DNA of 64,000 nt from Candidatus Latescibacterota bacterium (GTDB lineage Bacteria; Latescibacterota; UBA2968; UBA8231). Location: assembly GCA_965208105.1 (NCBI GenBank), contig OZ242318.1:2944001-3008000 (forward strand), written 5' to 3'. Positions 10,234 through 20,119 of the stretch are shown here, piece after piece (positions within the stretch are counted from its first letter, which is position 1; the number at the start of each line of letters is the position of its first letter). Below the pieces are notes generated by a model. That model searched no databases and was not told the origin of the DNA. It saw only the letters and a program-made list of their open reading frames with translations. The translations under genes and the position numbers were made by a program.

Positions 10234-10959
10234 TTGCCTGACCAATCATCTCTCGATCAACATTACTTTATAGACGAACATGTCTACAATTGCCCATTTT
10301 GCAACCGTGGACATGTGAGCTATTCAGTTGTCGGTGTTAACCCCTTCGATTGGACGAATAGTAAAAGGTGTTACGCTTATTTCATTCGTTGTCGCTCCTG
10401 TGAAAAAATTTCGATGCACTTGTCATATACTCAAATTCCATATTTTGAAGACAGATACTCCCCAGGCGGCTTTAACCTGTTTGATTTGACCAAAGTTGAT
10501 GGCGACTTAGATAATCAGTTCTTTTATTCTGTTCCAACCTCGTTTTTTGTATTAGATCCGCGTATTCCTCGGAATTTACGTGAGTTACTGACTGAAGCTG
10601 AAGGGTCGCTGAAAAGTAACTTTCTTACTGGAGCTTCTGCCTGTGCTCGGAAGATTGTGTATGAGCTAACTAAGGATACGGAAATCTCAAATTATGAAGA
10701 TCGGATTAAATCCCTGAAGGAAAAACGCCAAGATGTTGATGAATTCTATTTCGATACATTATTGACCATTCAGCAAACCACTAGCTCCAAAGTTCATGAA
10801 AAGGCTTTTGACCGATGGGAAGCAAGGCATTTGCGGGTAATTCTTGCAGCTCTTCGAGAAATTCTACACGTATTGTTTGTGGAGCCTGCGCTTAAAGAGA
10901 ACAGGAGGAAGGGAATTCTGGACCTTAAGAAAGAAGTGCTAGAGGAAGGAGGGAGTTGA
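10234..10959 (+). CDS. Zn-ribbon plus DUF4145/HEPN-like protein
   Basis: CPFC...CRSC Zn ribbon, then LLTEAEGSL...GASACARKIVYEL helix typical of DUF4145. Start uncertain (TTG 10183 or 10234). Confidence 0.65.
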   Translation: MPDQSSLDQHYFIDEHVYNCPFCNRGHVSYSVVGVNPFDWTNSKRCYAYFIRCRSCEKISMHLSYTQIPYFEDRYSPGGFNLFDLTKVDGDLDNQFFYSVPTSFFVLDPRIPRNLRELLTEAEGSLKSNFLTGASACARKIVYELTKDTEISNYEDRIKSLKEKRQDVDEFYFDTLLTIQQTTSSKVHEKAFDRWEARHLRVILAALREILHVLFVEPALKENRRKGILDLKKEVLEEGGS

Positions 10960-11328
10960 CCTGTCCTTCTGTTCCGGAGTTCTTCTGAGACCTCCATACT
11001 GACCTACCGGACTCTCGTATTCCTGGAGGCAGGACAGTCCACCCGCCTTTGGCCAATTGTCCACATTGCCTTCCCAGGTAATGCCGCCCTGCTCCGGATG
11101 TAGGCCCCAGGGGCGTCCGGTCAGAGGTGGCAAGCTGGAGTGAGACCGCTCTTCATTGTAAATCCAAAACCGGACCGCGATGAGCTGACCCCTTTCGCTA
11201 AACTGTACAACGCTTACCTTGGCGCCTTATTGCATCCGGTTAGGCGCCAAAATTGAAGGCGTAGAGAAAGGGTACGTACTGCCTGAAATCTCAAGTGGAG
11301 TGCACCACCGGCAACAAAGGGAGCCTCT

Positions 11329-11742
11329 ATGACCAGGAAGTTTGCATTTTTTACCGAGCTTAGCGGGTGCCACTTCGACAACCCCGATGGGACGAGGAGA
11401 CTAAATTTCATCAAGAACTGCCAAGTCGGAGACCCTCTCCTCTTGAAGCCAGACCCCGACAATCCCAATGATGAAGAGGCCATAGGTGTTTGTCATCATC
11501 AGAACGGTCGAGATTGTCAGATCGGATGGGTGCCCAGGGGCAATGATATAAACGCGTTGATCAATGAGCACTTGGATACAGGCGACGAGGTGTCCATCGA
11601 AATCACCGCCCTAGATCTAAAGGAGAACTATACTGGCGTCAGCGTCCTATTCTCCGTGATTACTTCATTCCCGATCACATCTTCTTTGGAGGAGATGATC
11701 GAGGATGAAGAACCCAACGAGAAGGGTGAAATCTGGTTATAA
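11329..11742 (+). CDS. Stand-alone HIRAN domain protein
   Basis: SGCHF...LLLKPDPDNPNDEEAIGV...QIGWVPR HIRAN signature; SD GGGAG upstream. Confidence 0.85.
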   Translation: MTRKFAFFTELSGCHFDNPDGTRRLNFIKNCQVGDPLLLKPDPDNPNDEEAIGVCHHQNGRDCQIGWVPRGNDINALINEHLDTGDEVSIEITALDLKENYTGVSVLFSVITSFPITSSLEEMIEDEEPNEKGEIWL

Positions 11743-11928
11743 TTGGACTTTTGCAAAATGATTTTTTCTGCTGATGAGTCCAGGTATTCGGTAGCAGATA
11801 TGTCGCCCGCATGGACTATATTTGCGAGGCAAGGCCTCCCCCGCCTTGTACGTCCCCTGACGCTGTGAGAGGGGTTCATGCCGGGTATTATCGCCTTTCC
11901 CACCATTCATGCCTAAATCACGTATCCC

Positions 11929-12999
11929 CTATGGCTTTTTGTACTGTTTTTCCATATCGCGGAATATCTCCCCAACTCTATCCAAGTCCAGCTCCATTCC
12001 ACTTTTGTAATACGCCTTGCACGCATGGCCAAACCCATAGGTGACTGAGGCTGCAATTCCGGCTGCTACAGCCATTACTGCGCCTTCACTTATTGGTCCA
12101 CCAAGCCATCCCGCCGCCTTCAAGGCTTGAATTCCAAAACGATAGATTTGTCGTCCAATTCCTCCTGTTACTGTAGCAGCAACCAGTTGCATCACGTCTT
12201 TCTTTGTCACTTCGCGATCATAAATGAAGGCTATTTTCAATCCGAGGCGAACTTGCAATGCTGTCAGTGGGAGCATATCCGCACCGGGGAAAGGAATTGC
12301 ACCGATCCCCGCAGCAGTAATTGCTGTACCTTTTATCCATGTGTCCACTTGTTCGTCCTTAAATTTTGATAATTTCAAGTAGAGTAAGTCTTTTCCTCTG
12401 GATTCTAAAATTTCGACAATATTTCTGTCCAATAGATCGATGTTGATATTATCACGAGCCGAGATTGGCACAATTTTAGCACCGGACTTTTCTTTTATAT
12501 CCCGTTTCATTTGATCTTGTTCATCAGAAGTTAAGATGTCGACCTTATTGAGCACAGGAATGATCGGTTTTCCCAGTGACTGTAATTTTTGATAGGCAGA
12601 AACGACAGACCTTGAAGCTCCGACGCCAGCATTAAAAAAGAATATGATGATGTCGGTATCTTCTTCAACAAACTCTTGCGCTCGGGCACTGTTTTCTTCG
12701 TCGATGTCATCGAGGCCTGGTGTATCGGTTATAAAGACATTTTCCAAAAATTTATATAGCCTAATCTCTTTTGTGTGACCTGCCTCTGCCTGTACGTCAG
12801 CCAGGTTTTTTCCGGTTAGGGCATTAATTGTGGAAGATTTCCCGGAATTCACGGTACCATACAGTGAAATGATTAAATGTTGTTTCTTGATTTCCTCAAA
12901 TTCCCACTCTTCCTTCGAAAATGATTCCTCGAATGCTTTGTTGTAGGCCCCGAAATCGGGTTCAAATCGTGAATCGTCTGAGGATTTATCCTTAGCCAT
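11929..12999 (-). CDS. Era/dynamin-like GTPase with C-terminal DUF697 (YcjF-like) hydrophobic domain
   Basis: G1 GTVNSGKSS, G3 DTPG, G4 NKVD; AAGIGAIPFPGADMLPLTALQ and a glycine-rich hairpin. Confidence 0.85.
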   Translation of the reverse strand: MAKDKSSDDSRFEPDFGAYNKAFEESFSKEEWEFEEIKKQHLIISLYGTVNSGKSSTINALTGKNLADVQAEAGHTKEIRLYKFLENVFITDTPGLDDIDEENSARAQEFVEEDTDIIIFFFNAGVGASRSVVSAYQKLQSLGKPIIPVLNKVDILTSDEQDQMKRDIKEKSGAKIVPISARDNINIDLLDRNIVEILESRGKDLLYLKLSKFKDEQVDTWIKGTAITAAGIGAIPFPGADMLPLTALQVRLGLKIAFIYDREVTKKDVMQLVAATVTGGIGRQIYRFGIQALKAAGWLGGPISEGAVMAVAAGIAASVTYGFGHACKAYYKSGMELDLDRVGEIFRDMEKQYKKP

Positions 13000-13079
13000 G
13001 ATTTTTCTCCTGGGTGTAATTTGGAGTGAGGGCTTTCGACAATTTTCAAGGGCGTAGGCGGAAAAAAATAAAGCTGAAA

Positions 13080-13340
13080 TTACTCCCTTCTATTCATCAT
13101 TTTGTATTTCTTTCTCAGACGACGAGAGGCAACGTCATTATAAATTAGACCGATTAGCACCACTATCAGGGATATGCCGGTCAAAATGGGAAACGACCGT
13201 ATTACTGCCCATGCAATAACCGGACTACTGCGATGGCCCTCTTCGGTCGGCGACCCTTCAGCTTGTGACTCACTATTTTTGTCACGAGCCCTTTTGCTAA
13301 AAAAAATTGTACTTCCCCTCATTGGATTCCTTTCAAGCAT
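13080..13340 (-). CDS. Small hypothetical membrane protein
   Basis: One hydrophobic stretch followed by a basic tail; co-oriented between yaaW-like and GTPase genes. Start uncertain. Confidence 0.35.
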   Translation of the reverse strand: MLERNPMRGSTIFFSKRARDKNSESQAEGSPTEEGHRSSPVIAWAVIRSFPILTGISLIVVLIGLIYNDVASRRLRKKYKMMNRRE

Positions 13341-13398
13341 TCAAATGTCGGATTTGGTTACGAGATCGGGCGCCTTTGGTTTCCGAAATTTTGGCAAG

Positions 13399-13588
13399 TG
13401 AAGTCAGCGGAACCTGAGGTGGGGCCGTTCCCAGGAGCCGCTACAGGTCTTCCCTCTATCTTCCCCCTGGATCACTCCGCCGCTCCTCCTGACTTTGGGG
13501 CAAATCGATATCTTCGAGAGGATCCGTGTGCGAAAAAGCCGCACGTTCGGATCTGTGAGAGTGAAGCCGAATGGCTGAGCTATTCGAC
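13399..13588 (+). mobile_element. Group II intron 3' remnant (maturase tail, domains V-VI), catalytically degenerate
   Basis: GAGGATCCGTGTGCGAAAAAGCCGCACGTTCGGATCTGTGAGAGTGAAGCCGAATGGCTGAGCTATTCGAC (13518-13588) fits DV/DVI with the AGC triad changed to ATC. Upstream frame SQRNLRWGRSQEPLQVFPLSSPWI resembles a domain-X end. Confidence 0.75.
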
Positions 13589-13628
13589 CAATCCCTTCAA
13601 CCCGAGTGAAAATCAAGAAAATTCCATG

Positions 13629-14291
13629 TTATTCTTTCCCGAATCCAGTCCGAAGCGCTGACAGGTAAAGAATAGCAGGAATGAGTTTTTTGTAATTTGG
13701 ACCAGAGAGTTTCCAAATTGCGAACAATCCTGCCCCGATCCATCCAACCGGCCCGATGATTACGGCAATGGTACTGGACATGGTTGTATAGAGGGCAAAG
13801 GGCAACGCCACGCCCACGGCTCCTGAGAGAAAACCTAATGAGGTAGAGGCAAGCAGATACACGCCAAAGCCTGAAAGCTGAGCGCCGGTCAAGGCAGCAA
13901 AGATCCCCGCACTGGCGACAAACTCCCCGCTTTTATTGAATTTCAGAACAGTTTTCTGCAATTGCTTTTCAAATTCTTCTCTTTGTTCAGGATCCATTTT
14001 CTCCCAAGCCGTTTTTAATACATGTTGACCAATCAGCTTTTCAAGATCTTCAGTCTTCCACCTTTTGGGCACATCAATTTCTAACTTATAAGCGACCTCC
14101 TCGACTATCTGAGAATAGGTCGGCTCTCGTCCCCAGATATATCCAAAAGTAGACTGGCAATTCATCCACAGGGCATCAACTATGGAATCAAGATCAGGCC
14201 TCTGGGCACCAAGCAGATCAGCCAAGGCTTTATGATCCTGGTGAGAGGCATTCTCAAGAATGGAACCAATTTCCTCATAAATTGAACTCAT
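13629..14291 (-). CDS. YaaW/UPF0174-family protein
   Basis: YSQIVEEVAYKL, AWEKMDPEQRE, GPVGW, GPNYKKLIPAILYLSALR. Confidence 0.8.
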   Translation of the reverse strand: MSSIYEEIGSILENASHQDHKALADLLGAQRPDLDSIVDALWMNCQSTFGYIWGREPTYSQIVEEVAYKLEIDVPKRWKTEDLEKLIGQHVLKTAWEKMDPEQREEFEKQLQKTVLKFNKSGEFVASAGIFAALTGAQLSGFGVYLLASTSLGFLSGAVGVALPFALYTTMSSTIAVIIGPVGWIGAGLFAIWKLSGPNYKKLIPAILYLSALRTGFGKE

Positions 14292-14384
14292 AGTATCTTC
14301 CCCCTCCATTCCGCATCCATTTCAGGCAGTCTTTGCCCAGGGGAGTAACTGAACAGGCGCAATTATCCCCTGGACAAAAGACCG

Positions 14385-14460
14385 AGGTTGACAACTGAAG
14401 GCGAGTGCGAAAGCAGCCGCCCTCTGGCATCTCAAATGAGATGCCGGGAGTTGTCAACCT
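14385..14460. repeat. 76-bp three-way-junction inverted-repeat element
   Basis: Perfect 12-bp IR AGGTTGACAACT/AGTTGTCAACCT enclosing a GAAA-capped hairpin and GGCATCTCA-AA-TGAGATGCC. Confidence 0.7.
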
Positions 14461-15322
14461 TCGCACATATTGGAATGCGGGAAAGTCTGCTTATTTACCC
14501 GAGAAATTGGAGCTACCAATCTCTCTTTGTGGGCTCTTGTATTTGGCAGACTCCCGACCAAGGCGGGATATATGCACAAAGGTTGACAGGGTGAAATTAG
14601 GGAAAATTTTGAGGAAAGCAAGGGGGAATACAGGGCCGGAACCAATCAGGAGCCATCCCACAGAGATGAATTCCCAGCCTGCCTCCTGGGCAGGACCGCC
14701 TCCGGCCCTCGAAGCCGGTAGGCCAATTCGCTTCCTGGCCGTCTCTGACCTTGTATCAACTCGTATCAGAGGAAAAGGAAGGGAGCGATTTCGCCGAAAA
14801 TCTGGTAAAACATCATAATAAGAAATCTCCATATCCTCTCCTCTTCTTCTGGATATCGGGAATGCCTGCCAATGGTACGGGGAAGAAAAATCATGCATTC
14901 TGGAATAGGCCCTTTCTCGATTTCGGATGGAAATAACAGGCATCCCACATTGCCTTGAGGTGGGAAATGTCTAAGTACAGAAAACGAATGCCCGTGTACA
15001 CCTCCAGAACCCACTACCCCTCGCCTGGCTGAAACAGACTACAGGCAAAAAAAGGATAGACGCCGAGAAGGCCGTCCATCCTTCAGGTTGGGATTCCTGC
15101 CGGAATCACTTCGACTTCCAACGATTCAGAATGATCCGAATCACTTCAAGTGCGATCTCCAGCAGTATGTCCAACCCGCGTGTCCTCATGGAGTACCACC
15201 CCCCTCCATGTTCCAGATGAACCTGCAGTTTCCCTCCCTTTGACAGCCTTGTGCCACAACACCTTTGGTTTTGGGCTTTTCGGGATCTTCCTCATTCGGA
15301 CCCTGCCTCATGGTGAAATCGA

Positions 15323-15763
15323 TCAGAATGCAATTCCGGTTTCCTTCATTGAAAGGTGTCGGTCGGGAGGAGCGACAATGATATGGTCGAGCACCTCAAT
15401 CCCCATAAGGCGGCCTGCTTCGACCAGACGGTGGGTGAGATCGATATCGTCCTTCGACGGTGACGGGTCTCCACTGGGGTGATTGTGGGAAAGTATGAGC
15501 GAACAGGCGCCCTTGAGGATAGCCGACTTGAACACTTCCCGGGGATGTACCTGCGCTGCCGTCTGGCTGCCTATCGAGGTGATTTCGTGGGCCACGACCC
15601 GGTTACGTACATCAAGGTGGAGGACGACAAACATCTCCCGGTCGGCCATTTTGATATCCAAGGTATCGAGATAGATGGCTACGTCGCCTGGGTTCTCAAC
15701 GGGTTCGGAAATGACCTCGTTCCAGACCTGTTTGACCTTGCGTTCGACTACTTCGATTTTCAT
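15323..15763 (-). CDS. radC: RadC-like JAB domain protein
   Basis: DREMFVVLHLD, VHPREVFK, HNHPSGDPSPSKDD, VLDHII; SD AAGGA before ATG 15763. Confidence 0.92.
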   Translation of the reverse strand: MKIEVVERKVKQVWNEVISEPVENPGDVAIYLDTLDIKMADREMFVVLHLDVRNRVVAHEITSIGSQTAAQVHPREVFKSAILKGACSLILSHNHPSGDPSPSKDDIDLTHRLVEAGRLMGIEVLDHIIVAPPDRHLSMKETGIAF

Positions 15764-16257
15764 GAAGAATCCTTTCTTGTGAAGAAAATGCCTGGTTTTT
15801 GGATTCATTAAATTGGCCGAATTTACATATCCTCTCCCCCCAACCTTTCCTCCTGATTCGATCAAAGGCAGGTAGAGTCCAAGCAGAGGTGGTGGTAGGT
15901 GGTGATTCGCAGCAAAACAGGGTGGATGGAGGTGGGACTAACTTGATGGGATTTGAAAGACCAATCTCAGGAGGCCAGCAGGAACGATGGAGAGCCTTGG
16001 TAGAGCACTCTGGGCAGCAGGCCTCAACAGGGAGGATTGGAAGGGCGGTTGGCGGAAGAAATTTGGGTGGAAGGCCTTAGGCGGAAGTGGCCCAGGTGCT
16101 TTGGAGGGTGTTCGAATACCAGGTTCTGGGGGGCTTATGAGACCCTGGTATTCTTTCCAGGTTGTTTCGGAGAGGAGCTGGAAGAAAAATCTGGATACTC
16201 TCAGATCAATCTTTCGATTGAATAGGCTTTAAAAACCGTTCCAGGGAGACTTCCTAA

Positions 16258-17884
16258 CCTGAATTATTCATAAAAAAGGTAGTTTCCTTGCCCAAGTCAT
16301 TGTGTTATATTATGGTTACGACAAATAACCCAACGACAATAACGTGGAGGAAACTACCGTGTCCGTTCAAGGAACTCATCACAAAGTCTCTTTGGCAAGG
16401 CTTGGCGGCAAACGGGTGGAAGCCGCCTTCGATGGGGGCCTGCTCACCAGCGACAGCGGGGTGATGCTTTTGCGGGAGGTGGATTCCCGCATGGGGATCT
16501 TGGATCGCATCGTCAAGGCGGTAGGCGACCGTCGGCACCCAGGGTATGTAGAGCACCCGTTGGCGGACCTGGTCCATCAGCGCGTGTTTCAAATTGCCTG
16601 CGGGTATGAGGATGCCAACGATTGCCATGCGCTGCGCCAGGATCCTGCCTTCAAGGCGGCGTGTGACCGCTTGCCGGTCACCGGTGCGGCGTTGGCCAGT
16701 CAACCGACGATGAGTCGGTTCGAGAACCGGGTCACAAGAAGCCGCCCCAGGCTATCCTGTTGGATATCGATGACACCGAAGACAAGGTCTATGGATCGCA
16801 GCAGTTGTCGTTGTTCAATGGGTATTTCAAGAGCCATTGCTACCAACCCCTGCACATTTATGAGGGACAAACCGGCAAACTGATCACGACCCTTCTGCGT
16901 CCGGGGGCGCGTCCTTCCGGCCCCCAGATGGTCACCCTGCTCAAGCGCCTGGTGAAATACCTTCGTCAGGCGTGGCCCGACGTGGTCATCTTTTTGCGCG
17001 GCGATGCCCATTTTTCTTGTCCTGAGGTCCACGACTTTTGCGACCGGCACGAGGTGTATTTCGCCCTCGGACAGGCTGGAAATGCCCCGCTTTCCGCATC
17101 GGGACAGCCCTTGATGGCGCAGGCCAAGGCCCTGTATCAGGAAAGCGGACAACCCGTGCAGCTCTTTTCCTGTTTTCCCTACCAAGCCCATACATGGGCC
17201 GGTCCACGACGGATCATCTACAAAGCCGAGGTCACCGCTTCGGGGCAGGCCAATGCGCGCTTCGTCGTCACCAACCTGGACAGCAGCCAGCCCTCATTCA
17301 TCTACCAAACCATCTATTGCGGACGCGGCAGGATGGAAGGCTTCATCAAGAATCACAAGACCTTTCTCCATTCCGACCGCACGTCTTGTCACACCTTCGA
17401 AGCCAACCACTTCCGTCTCTTCCTGCATTCAGCCGCCTATGTCCTTTTGCACGCCCTGACAGAAATCGGATTGGGCGGCACGTCGTGGATGAACGCGCAG
17501 TTCAATACCCTTCAGCATCGGATCCTCAAAGTCGCCGGGAGGGTGTGTGAACTCAACACCATCGTGCGCTTCCATCTGCCGAGTTCATTTCCCTTGAAAC
17601 ACCTCTATGACACCATCCTGTGCAATGTGGCAAAAGCCTGTCCATAGCACCACGTCCCCCTCCATGCTTCATCCCTTTCCGATCGCCCCTGCGTACGTAC
17701 GACCAAGGCATCCGTTGGTGCTTTCCTCACCGAAAACGAGGGCATGGAGACGCCGCGCACCTGCTTGGGCGGTGTACAGACTCGAAAGAGGCGCGCCAGA
17801 GAGGGCAGGCCTCTTTTTTCATCTCTTGAGAACGCTTTCTACTTCCAAAAACACGGATCTGTTCCCATTCATGAATTAATCAGG
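16258..17884 (+). mobile_element. IS1380-family insertion sequence
   Basis: TIRs CCTGAATTATTCATAAA / rc CCTGATTAATTCATGAA (14/17 match), with CTAA duplicated at 16254-16257 and 17885-17888. Confidence 0.9.
16344..17647 (+). pseudogene. IS1380 transposase, split by a deletion/frameshift near 16740
   Basis: FDGGLLTSDSG...GYEDAND...SQPTMSRFEN in one frame; LDIDDTED...RGDAHF...YCGRGRMEGFIK in another. Confidence 0.88.
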
Positions 17885-18139
17885 CTAAGCTGGCAGTGGG
17901 ATAGTTCAGGGAGATATAGAGCACATATGTGGCATGTATAGAAGCGAAGAGACAGGACAAATCCCCATCAGCTCTTACTCATCCTTCATCTCGGGGTGTG
18001 ATGGTCCTCCCAGTCTGCCAGGAATCCGGGGTCGCCTTTGCGTAGAAAGGTGGTTGCCATTTTCACGTACTCAGTGGCAACCAATTCCTTGCTTTCGACA
18101 AATTGTTTGTATCGGTCCAGTCCGCACATTATGGTATCT

Positions 18140-18886
18140 CTATCGTATTTTTGACAGGCTGATAACTACGATCCAGGCTTGCTTTCTTAACCACGGAATT
18201 CGAAACAGGGTTTGGTCTATGGCCTCTAGGGCTTTTCTTGCACCTTTAAACCCTGGGATAGCCCTGAATGCAACACATGCAAGGGACAAAAAATGGAAGT
18301 ATCGAACCTCCATTCGGTCGAAACTTTCCCCAATCCGTTTTAGATCGGCAAGTGTAAGGGGCTTTTCGTCCTGTGATCTCATTTGAGGGGTTAGCTTCCG
18401 GTAAAGATTAATCAAGGGATTGTGCCCTAGGGGTTCGAAAAAGACCGCCCTTCCACCAGACTTTAATACCCGTTTCACTTCTTTGATAGACTTTTGGAGG
18501 TCGAGGTGATGCAGTATACCACTACCGCAAATTATGTCAAATGAATTGTCAGGAAAACTCAAAACCTCTGCATCCATAACCTGGAAGCACGTTTGATCCG
18601 CGACTCCCAATTCTATTGCCCTCTTGGTCGCAAGTTTCGTCCCGGCTTGTGAGATATCGATTCCCCAGACCTTCGCTCCCCGCTTGGCAAGGGTGAATGC
18701 GAAACTTCCCGTCCCGCATCCGTATTCAAGAACTTGTTTCCCGGCACAATCCCTTTCTACAACACGGTGATAGTATTCCTTGCTGGATTGACCAACGACG
18801 TAAAATTTGCTCGCCTTCTGTCTGACATTGCTGGTAAAGGCGTGGTTGTGAAACTGGGCTTCTCTCTTAACTCTTGATTTGCACAT
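18140..18886 (-). CDS. Class I SAM-dependent methyltransferase
   Basis: VLEYGCGTG, GIDIS, FDIICGSGILHHL, FFEPLGHNP. Confidence 0.9.
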   Translation of the reverse strand: MCKSRVKREAQFHNHAFTSNVRQKASKFYVVGQSSKEYYHRVVERDCAGKQVLEYGCGTGSFAFTLAKRGAKVWGIDISQAGTKLATKRAIELGVADQTCFQVMDAEVLSFPDNSFDIICGSGILHHLDLQKSIKEVKRVLKSGGRAVFFEPLGHNPLINLYRKLTPQMRSQDEKPLTLADLKRIGESFDRMEVRYFHFLSLACVAFRAIPGFKGARKALEAIDQTLFRIPWLRKQAWIVVISLSKIR

Positions 18887-18930
18887 TTTGATTAATTCCC
18901 AAAAATTATTTTAACAAACCATCCATTCAA

Positions 18931-18970
18931 ACAAAAAGAGGTCTCTGTGCCATTTGAACACAGAGACCTC
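18931..18970 (-). terminator. Rho-independent terminator after the polysaccharide lyase gene
   Basis: 12-bp stem GAGGTCTCTGTG/CACAGAGACCTC followed by TTTTTGT on the minus strand. Confidence 0.8.
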
Positions 18971-18991
18971 CTTCGGTGGGGTATCGAGGAG

Positions 18992-20119
18992 CTATCGCAG
19001 CAGAAGCATTTTTCTTGATTGGACAAATTCATCAGCCTCCATTCTGTAAAAATAGACGCCATCCGCTGCCCGCCTTCCGGTATTGTCGGTCCCATCCCAT
19101 TTGAGCAGGTGATACCCGGGTTGCACCTCAGCATTCAACAAGGTTGTAACCAACTGACCCAATTCGTCGTAGATAGCAACTTTGACGGAAATTTGATCCG
19201 GAACATGGAAGGAGATGGTAGTCTCGGGGTTGAATGGGTTAGGATAGTTTGGATTAAGGATATAATTCGTAGGCTGGGCGGCAGCAACTGGCTTATTACT
19301 TACGGCAACACTTTCTGCAATTACGTCGTCAATATAAACGTACTGGGTTTGTGGTGAGGGAAGGCCTCCTCCAATATGATTGTTCACCCAAAGCTCTGTT
19401 ATTTTTGCTTCATTATCATCAATATACCGCATATTCGTTCGATTTACTTTCAATACGTTATTGAGCCATACTCTCAAAATGCCATCGTTATTCCCACCGC
19501 TTGATGTAACAGTATTCACTCTGACGTACATTTTTACATCAAACCAAGTATTTACTTCTACAGTGCCTACATCAATGTTATCACCGCAATCACCGAAGGA
19601 GGAGGGGATGTCATAGTGGTAGACATAAGCAAAGAGCTTATAGTCACCGTTCTCCAACTCCTTATACCCCATCCTAGATGACCACCCTTCGTAACCATTT
19701 GTACCTGGTTGCTTGCAACCCCACCCCCCATTCCTTCTGCCTGCCAATCCGGGCATTTTGCCAGCTTTTCCTACTTGAGCGAGATCAAATCCATCTTGAA
19801 ATTTGAATTTATATTTCAGTGTCACCCAATTGTGTTCTGTTTCCGACTTTAGATAGGAACCCGAATCGTCAACGCCACCGAAATAATGTCTAAGAGACCC
19901 GCCGTAAAAAGAATTTGCCTTGTATTTTACTTTTAATTTTCCATTCTCTAGACTCAAATTTTGTGTTTCACCCCCTCGGTTCCAGCCAGTGGTGCTTGAT
20001 GTATTGTAATTGTTTGAGCCTGGATCTGAGAAGTCTTCAGAGAAGACTATAATGCTAGCTTGTACCTGGGCAACCCAAGCAATCAAGCAAAATAGAATGA
20101 GTGAAAATCTTAGCGCCAT
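18992..20119 (-). CDS. Secreted polysaccharide lyase (PL14-like) with FlgD-Ig/T9SS type A tail
   Basis: Signal peptide; YKFKFQDGFD, GKMPGL, GWSSRM, YVYH, DGILRVW; C-terminal NYPNPFNPETTISF...GVYFYRM...KMLLLR; SD AGGAGG. Confidence 0.8.
   Translation of the reverse strand: MALRFSLILFCLIAWVAQVQASIIVFSEDFSDPGSNNYNTSSTTGWNRGGETQNLSLENGKLKVKYKANSFYGGSLRHYFGGVDDSGSYLKSETEHNWVTLKYKFKFQDGFDLAQVGKAGKMPGLAGRRNGGWGCKQPGTNGYEGWSSRMGYKELENGDYKLFAYVYHYDIPSSFGDCGDNIDVGTVEVNTWFDVKMYVRVNTVTSSGGNNDGILRVWLNNVLKVNRTNMRYIDDNEAKITELWVNNHIGGGLPSPQTQYVYIDDVIAESVAVSNKPVAAAQPTNYILNPNYPNPFNPETTISFHVPDQISVKVAIYDELGQLVTTLLNAEVQPGYHLLKWDGTDNTGRRAADGVYFYRMEADEFVQSRKMLLLR

Noticed and set aside
11219-11250. attC-like hairpin ending in GTTAGGC
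   Set aside because: Only 32 bp, with no RYYYAAC partner, no other attC sites and no integron integrase.
14405-15014. Overlapping ORFs on both strands
   Set aside because: No motifs and mutually overlapping; probably non-coding.
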